Shown here in pieces: positions 47,346-56,272 of a stretch of 64,000 nucleotides of DNA. This DNA comes from Patescibacteria group bacterium (GTDB taxonomy: Bacteria; Patescibacteriota; Patescibacteriia; Patescibacteriales; UBA12465). Position 1 is the first letter of the stretch. The number at the start of each line of letters is the position of its first letter. The stretch spans positions 613,883 to 677,882 of the forward strand of contig JBAZJK010000001.1 of NCBI GenBank assembly GCA_041651355.1, given 5' to 3'. Both the position numbers and the translations under genes were made by a program. Below the pieces are notes generated by a model that saw only the letters and a program-made list of their open reading frames with translations, searched no databases and was not told the origin of the DNA.

Positions 47346-48743
47346 ATGTTCCTAACAATGAACAATCTTAAAAGATTCCTGGATGCTATAATCCAAGCGA
47401 AAAGCGATAACGAAAACCAAAGACGGCAAACCCTGATTTTAAATATCCTTTTATTGAGCTCAATCATCCTCCTTATCGGCATCAACTTCATCCGCATCCT
47501 TGATATCATCCAATCAGGCAGCGATCGTGGCTTGCCCCTAGGAGTCACTATTGCAATCCTCTTATTTTTTATCGGGCTTCTATACCTATCAAATCTTGGT
47601 CGCGCGCGTCTGGCCACCTATCTATTTATTAGCGCTTACTGCCTGCCAACTTTTTATTTTGCCTACCGTTGGGGGACGGACTTGCCGGCCGTATTATTAT
47701 TGTCGGTTCTAGTCATTATTATGTCCGGCGTCTTGGTCAGCGCCAAATTCGCCTGGATAAGCACCGGGGCGATATCCATAATATTATTCACCTTAACCAA
47801 TCTACAACTCAAAGGCCTGATTCTAGTTAACTCTTATTGGCGATCTGAAAAACATGAAAAAGAGGATATGATTGCTTATATTATTATCTTTGGAGTAATC
47901 GCCGCGGTCGCCTGGCTTTATGCCAGAGAGATTGAAAAATCCTTAAAAAGAGCACGCTCATCCGAACATGATTTAAGGATGGAAAGAGATTCCTTAGAAA
48001 TTAAGGTTCAGGAAAGAACCAAACAAATCAGGGAATTAGAGATGGAAAAGATTACCCAACTTTACCGTCTAGCCGAATTCGGGAGACTCTCTTCTGGAAT
48101 CTTCCATGATCTGATTAACCCCCTAACGGCCGTAAGCCTAAGTTTGGAGAAAATTAAAAATGATCCCGAGTTTCAAGTAACCAATAACCATCTGGAACAA
48201 GCTTTCCGAGCCACCAGCCGAATGGAAAATTTCATCCAAAGCTTAAAAAAACAAATATTAGGAACCAAGAGTAAAAGATATTTCTTGGTGACTACTGAAA
48301 TCAAAGAAACTTTGCAGATACTAAACCATAAGCTGACTAAAGCCCAGATATCTTTGGATCTTGTTGCTCCCGATGAAATCCAATTATATGGAGACCCTCT
48401 TAAATTTAGTCAAATTATTGCTAATCTTATATCTAACGCCGCTGAAGCTTGCCTAGCGACTAATGATAAAAGCCGAAACAAAATTAAATTGATATCTTCA
48501 GAAAAAGAAGGATGGATAAAGATAGAGATTTCTGATAATGGCACCGGCATCAAACCAGAACATAAGGAGGAAATCTGGAAAGCCTTCTTTTCCACTAAAC
48601 AAGGTGACGATTGCGGCTTGGGGATTGGCTTAGCTTCAGTAAAAAATATCATTGAAAAAGACTTTTCGGGAAAAATAGATTTTACATCCAGTCCTCAAGG
48701 GACCAGATTTATCCTAGAGTTCCCTCGCCTATCTAAAGCCTAA
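47346..48743 (+). CDS. Membrane sensor histidine kinase
   Basis: About 6 N-terminal TM helices, the H-box SSGIFHDLINPLT, the N-box LISNAAEA, and G-boxes DNGTGI and GLGIGLA. Confidence 0.9.
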   Translation: MFLTMNNLKRFLDAIIQAKSDNENQRRQTLILNILLLSSIILLIGINFIRILDIIQSGSDRGLPLGVTIAILLFFIGLLYLSNLGRARLATYLFISAYCLPTFYFAYRWGTDLPAVLLLSVLVIIMSGVLVSAKFAWISTGAISIILFTLTNLQLKGLILVNSYWRSEKHEKEDMIAYIIIFGVIAAVAWLYAREIEKSLKRARSSEHDLRMERDSLEIKVQERTKQIRELEMEKITQLYRLAEFGRLSSGIFHDLINPLTAVSLSLEKIKNDPEFQVTNNHLEQAFRATSRMENFIQSLKKQILGTKSKRYFLVTTEIKETLQILNHKLTKAQISLDLVAPDEIQLYGDPLKFSQIIANLISNAAEACLATNDKSRNKIKLISSEKEGWIKIEISDNGTGIKPEHKEEIWKAFFSTKQGDDCGLGIGLASVKNIIEKDFSGKIDFTSSPQGTRFILEFPRLSKA

Positions 48744-48747
48744 CCCT

Positions 48748-50037
48748 ATGAAAACAAAAAATCAGAGACGGCCCGAAAAACCGGCCCTTATTTTTAGTTT
48801 GGAATCGCTTTTAAATAATCTGGGACGGCAAATAAGAACTAAAAGAGAAATTAAACCAGAACAGTGGCCCTTAATCCTAAAAGTTTTAACTGACAACGAA
48901 GTCTCACCCGGCGGCCCATATTATAATATAAACAAAGAAATCGACCCGGTCTTAAACCTTAGAATTTTTAACTTTCTAAAAAGCCAAGGAATAATCTTGC
49001 CAAAATTAGAAAAATTTCTTAACCAGGATCCACGGAAAAAAAATTCAAAAAAAATCATCCCAGCAGAAAAATTAAGCCCGGATGAATCTAAAATTTATCG
49101 TACAATCCATCGCCAAATCAGCCGTGACCTGAAAATCTGGCCTCAAATAATAAAAGCCAGGGGCCGGCAAGAATGGCTAGAGCTAGGCAGAAGTAATCAA
49201 GCTAGAGAAATTATCCTCCTGCCCCTCTGGTTTATTAAATCTTTGGGTATAGATTTAAACCAAAGATGTTGCGATCTAGCAGAAAACTTAGGCCGAGCCA
49301 ATTTTTATCTCTGGCTTGCTTATAATATATACGATGACATTTTAGATGAAGGGATTGATGCTTCTTTGCTGCCTATTGCTAATCTGGCCTTCAGGAATTT
49401 TGTGGCCATACTGCAAGGACAAAAACTTAGTCCTGCTTGGGATAATTTCTTTCACAAACTAATCAACGAACTAGAAGCCCAAAACTACCAAGAGTACCAC
49501 TTTTCTAAACAATACTTTAAACAGCCGATAACCCTTCAAAAAAAATTGAACTTCGAAAAATTAAGCTCCGGCTTATACAAAAAATCTATTGCCCACGCCG
49601 CTGGCCCCCTGGCAATACTATCATTCCTTAAGGTTTCTCCTGGAACCAAAGAATTTAGAATAATCTTTTCTTTCTTTAAAAACTATCTCAACGCCCGGCA
49701 ACTTGATGATGATGTCCACGACTGGGAGTCTGATCTAAAGAGAAAAAAGGCCACCCCGACTCTGATATTTCTAACACAAAAAGCGGCTAACCAAGCCAAG
49801 AATGATTTGGACCACAAACATCTTAGAAAGATAATGTTTGAAATTGCTCTGCCCACCATAAATATCCAACTAGCTAAATTCATAAAAGTAGCCGACCAAA
49901 ATCTAAAAAATTCCACACTGATAAAACAAAGAGCTTATTTAAAGCGCCTGATCGAACCATTGTCTGAAAATATGGCTCGGACGGAAAGCTTGAGGTCCGA
50001 CTTGCTGAAATTCAAAAATGCTTACCAAGGATTTTAG
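48748..50037 (+). CDS. Hypothetical protein with polyprenyl-synthase-like DDxxD motif pair
   Basis: YNIYDDILDEG (aa 196-200, nt 49333-49347) and ARQLDDDVHDWESDLKRKKATPTLI (aa 320-325, nt 49705-49722), spaced 124 aa apart. A KKSIAHAAGP segment lies between them. This resembles the FARM/SARM arrangement. Confidence 0.35.
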   Translation: MKTKNQRRPEKPALIFSLESLLNNLGRQIRTKREIKPEQWPLILKVLTDNEVSPGGPYYNINKEIDPVLNLRIFNFLKSQGIILPKLEKFLNQDPRKKNSKKIIPAEKLSPDESKIYRTIHRQISRDLKIWPQIIKARGRQEWLELGRSNQAREIILLPLWFIKSLGIDLNQRCCDLAENLGRANFYLWLAYNIYDDILDEGIDASLLPIANLAFRNFVAILQGQKLSPAWDNFFHKLINELEAQNYQEYHFSKQYFKQPITLQKKLNFEKLSSGLYKKSIAHAAGPLAILSFLKVSPGTKEFRIIFSFFKNYLNARQLDDDVHDWESDLKRKKATPTLIFLTQKAANQAKNDLDHKHLRKIMFEIALPTINIQLAKFIKVADQNLKNSTLIKQRAYLKRLIEPLSENMARTESLRSDLLKFKNAYQGF

Positions 50038-50069
50038 CGTTAGCGCCTTAAATCTGCTATAATTTAATC

Positions 50070-52610
50070 ATGGAAAAAATTTTTAAACTCCAAGATATCA
50101 AAGATAAGAAACCAGTCGAACTTTTTAATTTGCTAAAAAGCCGTCCGGAGGGTTTAAGCGAAAACGAAGCCAAAAAACGCTTAGAACTATACGGAAGCAA
50201 CGACCTTAAAAAAAGACAAGAGATAAACCCGATAGTCAAGTTCGTTACCTACTTCAAAGACCCCATGATCATTATCCTTACCTTGGCTGCAATCATTTCG
50301 GCCGCTACTGGATCGAGCCGGAGCGCGATGGTAATAGGCGCGATGATTCTAATGAGCGTATTGCTAAATTTCTATCAAGAGCATAAATCAAACCGGGCTG
50401 CCGCTAAGATCGCTGCCCGGCTTAATATCTTCACCACCGCCCTCAGGCAAGGAAAAAAAAGCAAGATAGCAGCCCACACCGTAGTACCAGGAGACATCAT
50501 TCTGCTTTCAGCCGGAGATATCGTGCCGTCTGATGGCATTATTCTTGAAGCCGATGATTTTTTTCTGAATGAATCCGTCCTGACCGGAGAAAGCCTACCA
50601 GTAGAAAAAAGCGCTGATCAAAGTCACAACCTAGTCTTTTCGGGGACGAATGTTGTTTCTGGCTTCAGCAAGATGTTAACGATAAAAACTGGAGAACAGA
50701 CTGAATTCGGCAGCATCGCAAAAAATCTAGATAAAAAAGAGGAAGCTAACGCCTTCGAACTAGGTATTAAGAAATTCGGTTTCTTGATCATTCGGACTAT
50801 AGCGATAATCGTCGCGATTATCTTTCTACTGAACGCCATCCTTAAGAAAGATGTCGTCGAATCATTAATCTTCTCAATTGCCGTCGCCGTCGGGGTGATG
50901 CCGGAACTCCTGCCGATGATTATTAGCGTTACCATGAGCCGAGGTTCAATCAGGATGTCTAAACGCGGCGTATTGGTCAAGAAATTAAATTCTATCCCGG
51001 ACTTCGGCTCCATGGATATATTGTGCACCGATAAGACCGGCACCTTGACCCAGGATAAAATCACCGTCATTAAACACGTCGACCCCTTTGGCAAAGATTC
51101 GAGATCCGTCTTCGAAAATGCTTATATTAATGGTTATTTTGAAACTGGAATCAAAAGCCTTTTAGACCAAGCCATCCTTGACCATGACCAGATAGAAACG
51201 TCGTCGCTAAAAAAAATCGAAGAAATACCGTATGACTTCAACCGCAAGCGCTCGTCTATCATCTGTGCCGAAGGCAACAACTTAAAGATGATTAGTAAGG
51301 GGGCGCCGGAAGAAATATTTAAGATTTGCAGCTATTATCAAGAAAAAGAGGCTATCAGATCATTAGATGAAAGCGCTTTAAAAAAAGTTAAAGCCACCTA
51401 TGACGATCTGAGTCGTGAAGGATTACGTGTTCTAGCCGTGGCGTCCAAAGAAATCAAGGAACAGAAAAAAGTTTATCGCGTCGACGAAGAGACGGGTCTT
51501 ATCCTCCTTGGTTTCATGGCTTTCTATGATCCGCCTAAACTGAGCGCCAAGGAAACTCTTAAACTGATGAAGACTTACGGCGTAGAGATAAAGATCCTGA
51601 CCGGCGATGCTCCCTTGGTCACGCAAAAAATATGTTCAGAACTTAATCTACAGGTCAAACAAGTAATCAGCGGTGACGAAATAGATCTTAATAAATTAAG
51701 CGATGATGAATTATTCCATAAAGCCAGGCCAGCCACTATCTGCGCCCGGCTTTCTCCTAGCCAAAAGGAACGAATAATCAGCGTCCTGAGGAAAAATAAT
51801 CTAGTCGTCGGCTATTTGGGTGATGGTATTAACGACGCCCCAGCCCTAAAAAGCGCTGATGTCGGCATCTCTGTCGACAATGCCGTCGACGTCGCCAAAG
51901 AAAGCGCCGATATTATCTTAATGAAAAAGGGCTTACAGGAACTTATGGACGGAGTTATTGAGGGCCGCAAGACTTTCGGCAATACCATGAAATATCTCAT
52001 GATGGGTCTAAGCTCTAATTTTGGCAATATGTTCTCCATGATTGGCGCCACTATTTTTCTGCCATTTTTCCCCATGACTGCCGGACAAATTCTGTTTAAT
52101 AACTTCCTCTACGATGTCTCCCAACTATCCATCCCTTCGGACAGGGTTGATCAAGAATATCTGATCAAGCCGAAACATTGGGATATCCGCTTTATCAAAA
52201 GATACATGATCGTATTCGGCCCGATTAGTTCCCTGTTTGATTTTCTAACCTTCTTTCTCCTGTATAAAATATTTGCCTTGAGCGGCGGCGCCTTCCAGGC
52301 CGGTTGGTTCATAGAGTCGCTGGCCACCCAGACCCTGGTCATATATATTATCCGCACCAAGAAGATTCCTTTCTTGCAATCAGCCCCGAGCTGGGCTTTG
52401 GTTAGCACTACTTTAGCAGCGGTAGGCACCGGCTTGTTATTCGTCATGACTAATCTGAAACACATCCTAGGCTTTGACTCCTTAAGCACTCAAATCCTCT
52501 TGGTCTTAGGATTACTAGTAATATGCTACCTACTGATGGTAGAGATAACTAAAAGAATCTTCTATCATTACACCGAAGCCAAAATTCCTTCTATTTCTCA
52601 CCTTAATTGA
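50070..52610 (+). CDS. P-type cation-transporting ATPase, MgtA-like
   Basis: DKTGTLT phosphorylation site, TGES, TGDAPL and GDGINDAPALK motifs, 10 TM helices, and a size and N-terminus (LSENEAKKRLELYGSN) typical of Mg2+-type P-ATPases. Confidence 0.85.
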   Translation: MEKIFKLQDIKDKKPVELFNLLKSRPEGLSENEAKKRLELYGSNDLKKRQEINPIVKFVTYFKDPMIIILTLAAIISAATGSSRSAMVIGAMILMSVLLNFYQEHKSNRAAAKIAARLNIFTTALRQGKKSKIAAHTVVPGDIILLSAGDIVPSDGIILEADDFFLNESVLTGESLPVEKSADQSHNLVFSGTNVVSGFSKMLTIKTGEQTEFGSIAKNLDKKEEANAFELGIKKFGFLIIRTIAIIVAIIFLLNAILKKDVVESLIFSIAVAVGVMPELLPMIISVTMSRGSIRMSKRGVLVKKLNSIPDFGSMDILCTDKTGTLTQDKITVIKHVDPFGKDSRSVFENAYINGYFETGIKSLLDQAILDHDQIETSSLKKIEEIPYDFNRKRSSIICAEGNNLKMISKGAPEEIFKICSYYQEKEAIRSLDESALKKVKATYDDLSREGLRVLAVASKEIKEQKKVYRVDEETGLILLGFMAFYDPPKLSAKETLKLMKTYGVEIKILTGDAPLVTQKICSELNLQVKQVISGDEIDLNKLSDDELFHKARPATICARLSPSQKERIISVLRKNNLVVGYLGDGINDAPALKSADVGISVDNAVDVAKESADIILMKKGLQELMDGVIEGRKTFGNTMKYLMMGLSSNFGNMFSMIGATIFLPFFPMTAGQILFNNFLYDVSQLSIPSDRVDQEYLIKPKHWDIRFIKRYMIVFGPISSLFDFLTFFLLYKIFALSGGAFQAGWFIESLATQTLVIYIIRTKKIPFLQSAPSWALVSTTLAAVGTGLLFVMTNLKHILGFDSLSTQILLVLGLLVICYLLMVEITKRIFYHYTEAKIPSISHLN

Positions 52611-52687
52611 CAGAAATTAATAATTTTGATAAAAAGAATAAACAAGTATTTTAATACTAGGCCGGTGGACCCGGTCTATTATATTTT

Positions 52688-54475
52688 ATGGAAATCAGAA
52701 ATATTGCCATTATCGCTCACGTCGATCATGGAAAAACTACAATCACCGATGCTCTCTTGCGCCAGAATGGCGCCGCCGATGATAGCGTCAGCATGGACAG
52801 CAACTCGCTTGAGCAAGAACGAGGCATTACTATCTACTCTAAAAATGCCAGTCTTTTTTATAAAGACACTAAAATAAATTTAGTCGATACTCCTGGTCAT
52901 GCTGATTTCAGCTCTGAAGTCGAACGCATCTTACGCTCAATCGACTGCGTTCTCTTGGTTGTCGACGCTCAAGAAGGTCCGATGCCCCAAACCAAGTTCG
53001 TACTTAAAAAATCACTCGAACTAGGCCTCAAGCCCTTAGTAGCAATAAATAAAATTGATAAGCCAGCCGCCCGACCCAAAGCCGTAGAAGAAATGATTTA
53101 TGAGCTTTTCTTGGATTTAGGAGCCAACGACGAGCAACTAAAATTCAAGACCGTCTATACCATCGGCCGCGAAGGCAAGGCCGGCTTACAGCTAGACCAG
53201 CTGGCCAACAACCTTAATCCAGTCTTAGATTTAATATTAGAGAACGTTGCTCCGGCAGCGACAGCGAGCATGCAAGAGGAACAGTTAGCTGCCCAGCCTT
53301 TCAACCTGGCTTATGATAATTTCTTGGGACGATGCGCTATCGCCAGGATATACAGCGGCAGTCTGAAAGCCGGGCAAAATGTCTATACTATTAAAATAAA
53401 CGGCGAGACTCACGCTGGAAAAATTACTAAACTCTTCACCTTCAACGGCCTTAAACGTCAGGAAACGAACGAAGCTGGAGCAGGTGATATCGTCCTTCTC
53501 GCCGGCTTGCCGGATATTGATATCGGAGAGACAATCACGGATAACCCCGACCTCGAGGCCCTACCAGCTATCAACATCGACGAGCCGACAATCTGTCTCA
53601 GCTTCTTAGTCAATAATTCCCCTTTCGCTGGCCGGGAAGGAAAATTCGTAACTAATCGTCAACTCAAAGAACGCTTAGAAAAAGAGCTGGAGGTTAACGT
53701 CGGACTCAAGATAGATTTTTCGGACCCTAGCTTCTATAGGGTTTATGGACGAGGCGAACTCCATATCGCCGTTCTATTAGAAAATATGCGCCGCGAAGGC
53801 TATGAAATCCAGGTCTCCCAACCTCAAGTAATTATCAAAGAAAAAGACGGAGGCAAACAGGAACCTTTTGAAGAGGTTCTGATTGATATTCCTGACGCTT
53901 ACACCGGTGCCATCATTGAGAGTATTTCTAAGCGTCGAGGACGTATGCTTGATATGAAAAGCCATAACGGCCAAACTCGTTTAATCTTTAAGATGCCTAC
54001 CCGAGGGCTATTGGGCTACCGCAATGATTTTATCATTGCCACTCGTGGTGAAGGCATACTATGTTCTCATTTTACCGGTTTTGATGATTATGTCGGCGAT
54101 ATCGAAAAAAGTGAACTAGGCGCCATGATTTCGATGATAAGCGGTAAAGCCCTAGCCTATTCCCTTTGGAATCTACAGGAAAGAGGCGTACTTTATATTA
54201 AGCCCAACACTGAAGTCTATGAAGGCATGATCATCGGTAACGTTGCTAAAGGCAATGACATGACCGTCAATCCTATCAAAGGTAAACAACTAACCAATGT
54301 CCGCGCCTCTGGCACCGATGAAGCTATTATTCTGACCCCTCCTTGGGATCTCAGCTTGGAGAGGGGTTTAAGTATCATGAATAAGGATGAATATTTAGAA
54401 ATTACGCCCCAGAATATCAGGCTTAGGAAACAAATCCTTAAAGAGGTGGACCGCAACCGAGCTAATAGAAAATAA
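52688..54475 (+). CDS. typA: Translational GTPase TypA/BipA
   Basis: IRNIAIIAHVDHGKTTITDALL, DTPGHADF and NKID GTPase motifs, with the BipA-specific C-terminal domain. Confidence 0.95.
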   Translation: MEIRNIAIIAHVDHGKTTITDALLRQNGAADDSVSMDSNSLEQERGITIYSKNASLFYKDTKINLVDTPGHADFSSEVERILRSIDCVLLVVDAQEGPMPQTKFVLKKSLELGLKPLVAINKIDKPAARPKAVEEMIYELFLDLGANDEQLKFKTVYTIGREGKAGLQLDQLANNLNPVLDLILENVAPAATASMQEEQLAAQPFNLAYDNFLGRCAIARIYSGSLKAGQNVYTIKINGETHAGKITKLFTFNGLKRQETNEAGAGDIVLLAGLPDIDIGETITDNPDLEALPAINIDEPTICLSFLVNNSPFAGREGKFVTNRQLKERLEKELEVNVGLKIDFSDPSFYRVYGRGELHIAVLLENMRREGYEIQVSQPQVIIKEKDGGKQEPFEEVLIDIPDAYTGAIIESISKRRGRMLDMKSHNGQTRLIFKMPTRGLLGYRNDFIIATRGEGILCSHFTGFDDYVGDIEKSELGAMISMISGKALAYSLWNLQERGVLYIKPNTEVYEGMIIGNVAKGNDMTVNPIKGKQLTNVRASGTDEAIILTPPWDLSLERGLSIMNKDEYLEITPQNIRLRKQILKEVDRNRANRK

Positions 54476-54490
54476 TTGAGATAAACAAAA

Positions 54491-54509
54491 ACAGGCCCAA
54501 GAGGCCTGT
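54491..54509 (+). terminator. typA intrinsic terminator
   Basis: acaggcc-caaga-ggcctgt followed by TTTTC. Confidence 0.65.
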
Positions 54510-54520
54510 TTTCAATTCCG

Positions 54521-54591
54521 CTGCGGGACCTGGATTCGAACCAGGATAAGCAGCTTCAAAGGCTGCCGTCCTACCTTTAGACGATCCCGCA
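54521..54591 (-). tRNA. tRNA-Gln (anticodon UUG)
   Basis: Hand-folded cloverleaf: U1-A72 acceptor (TGCGGGA/TCCCGCA), U8, D stem GTCT/GGAC, anticodon stem GCAGC/GCTGC with loop CTTTGAA, T arm CCTGG-TTCGAAT-CCAGG, discriminator G. No CCA is encoded. Confidence 0.9.
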
Positions 54592-54614
54592 AATAACAGC
54601 TAGATGTTATAAAA

Positions 54615-54648
54615 AATATCCGTAAAAGTCAACTGAAAATCGGATATT
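54615..54648 (-). terminator. Probable ftsEX terminator hairpin
   Basis: aatatccg-N18-cggatatt. The minus-strand reading is followed by a T-run. The loop is large. Confidence 0.4.
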
Positions 54649-54670
54649 GATTATGGCTTATGTTTATAAG

Positions 54671-55579
54671 CTAGATCCTAGCGTATTTTCTAACCGCAAA
54701 CAAACTGGCGGCTACGTTAATAAACAAAATCACTAAGAATTGCCAACCGAAAATAGGAAAGAATTTATCCAAGAAATAAGCGAGAATGTTAATATTATAA
54801 CCAGCAAAAAAAGCTTCCAAATAAGGCTGTAGCAAACTCAAAAAGGGATAAAAGACGATAATTATCAAAAGCAAGCTGACTATAGTATAAACTAACGCGG
54901 AGGCTAGATAGGGCAAATAGATGAAATAATTTGAAGCGCCGACTAAACGCATGATTTCAATCTCCTGGCGATGAGTATAAATAGCCACTCTGACGGTATT
55001 ATAGACAACCAGTAAGCTGGTCAAGAAAAATATAGAAATGAGCAAGAAACCAACCTCTTCAACCCGTTTGGTAATTCGATTGATCTTCTCTAATATCAAG
55101 GAGTTGTCAGAAAAATCTCGAGATTCAATTACTTCGCTATTAATCCTTTTCAGGCTTTCTATCAAAGCTTCGGTTTGGCTAACATCTTCAGGAGTGATCG
55201 TCAGGCTGGGTGACAGAGGATTTTGCCCTAACTCCCTGAGAGCGGCGATAACCTCCTGCTTGTCTTGATTCTGGGCGCGGAACTTTTCTAGAGCCTTATC
55301 TCTAGAGACATACAAAACGTTCTTAACGTTAGGCAAAGAGGCGACCTGATCCTTGACCGCGGCAATCTCGCTTTCGGTAGCCTCTGACTTAAAGTATAAA
55401 CTGATATCCATTCGAGATTTGACCGCCCCGATTGCATTCTGACTAATAAGTTGGACGGTAATCAAAAGGTTGATGGATAACAGTGCTAAAAACAGAATCG
55501 TGACCGTAACGGCTGATAGCCAGACATTGCGAATTATATCTTGCAAGCTAAATTTTAAAACACGCCAAAAGAATAACAT
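54671..55579 (-). CDS. ftsX: Cell-division ABC transporter permease FtsX
   Basis: TM1, a large extracytoplasmic loop, then three C-terminal TM helices. It is located downstream of ftsE. Confidence 0.85.
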   Translation of the reverse strand: MLFFWRVLKFSLQDIIRNVWLSAVTVTILFLALLSINLLITVQLISQNAIGAVKSRMDISLYFKSEATESEIAAVKDQVASLPNVKNVLYVSRDKALEKFRAQNQDKQEVIAALRELGQNPLSPSLTITPEDVSQTEALIESLKRINSEVIESRDFSDNSLILEKINRITKRVEEVGFLLISIFFLTSLLVVYNTVRVAIYTHRQEIEIMRLVGASNYFIYLPYLASALVYTIVSLLLIIIVFYPFLSLLQPYLEAFFAGYNINILAYFLDKFFPIFGWQFLVILFINVAASLFAVRKYARI

Positions 55580-55587
55580 AATTTTCT

Positions 55588-56268
55588 TTACAATAAATAT
55601 TTGCCCTGGGCTTGATCGCTAATGATCACGCCCTTTTCCATGGTAATCACACGACGATGTAAACGATTAACAATATCTTTATTATGAGTCACAAGAATAA
55701 CGGTAGTGCCAAACTTGTTGATACGCAACAAAAGATTAATGATTTCTTCAGCATTGATAGCATCTAAATTGCCAGTCGGCTCATCAGCTAATAGTATCTT
55801 GGGCTGATGAACTAAAGCGCGGGCAATCACGGCTCTTTGCTGCTCGCCGCCGGAAACTTCACGAGGATAACGGTTGGCCTTATCTTCTAGACCGACAATT
55901 TTTAGGACGCTTGGTACGATCTTTTTAATCTTGCTCACCGGACTTCCGCAAACCTCCAGAGCAAAAGCGACATTCTCTTGCAAGGTTTTCTTAGGTAAAA
56001 GTTTAAAATCTTGAAAAATAACTCCGATTTGGCGACGCAAGAACGGCACTTCCCGCTTACTTATTTTGGTAATATCCCAATCACCAATAACTACTTGCCC
56101 CGAATCGATTCTTTCCTCGCCAATCAAGACTTTCACTAAAGTCGTCTTGCCCGCGCCCGACTGCCCGACAATCGAAACAAACTCGCCGGGACTGATATGC
56201 AAACTCAGGCCGTCTAAAACTTTAGAACGTCCGGCATAAGCCTTGGAAGCGTTAGAAATCTTAATCAT
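55588..56268 (-). CDS. ftsE: Cell-division ABC transporter ATP-binding protein FtsE
   Basis: GQSGAGKTT Walker A, LSGGEQQR-like signature (VSGGEQQRAVIARAL), ILLADEPTGNLD Walker B. Confidence 0.93.
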   Translation of the reverse strand: MIKISNASKAYAGRSKVLDGLSLHISPGEFVSIVGQSGAGKTTLVKVLIGEERIDSGQVVIGDWDITKISKREVPFLRRQIGVIFQDFKLLPKKTLQENVAFALEVCGSPVSKIKKIVPSVLKIVGLEDKANRYPREVSGGEQQRAVIARALVHQPKILLADEPTGNLDAINAEEIINLLLRINKFGTTVILVTHNKDIVNRLHRRVITMEKGVIISDQAQGKYLL

Positions 56269-56272
56269 AAAC

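Noticed and set aside
47273-47617. 114-aa minus-strand Arg-rich ORF
   Set aside because: It overlaps the 5' end of the histidine kinase on the opposite strand, with no motif or context support.
50624-52489. Minus-strand ORFs inside the P-type ATPase gene (50624-51094, 51432-51626, 51812-52075, 52151-52489)
   Set aside because: They are antisense to a CDS with a complete set of P-type ATPase motifs.
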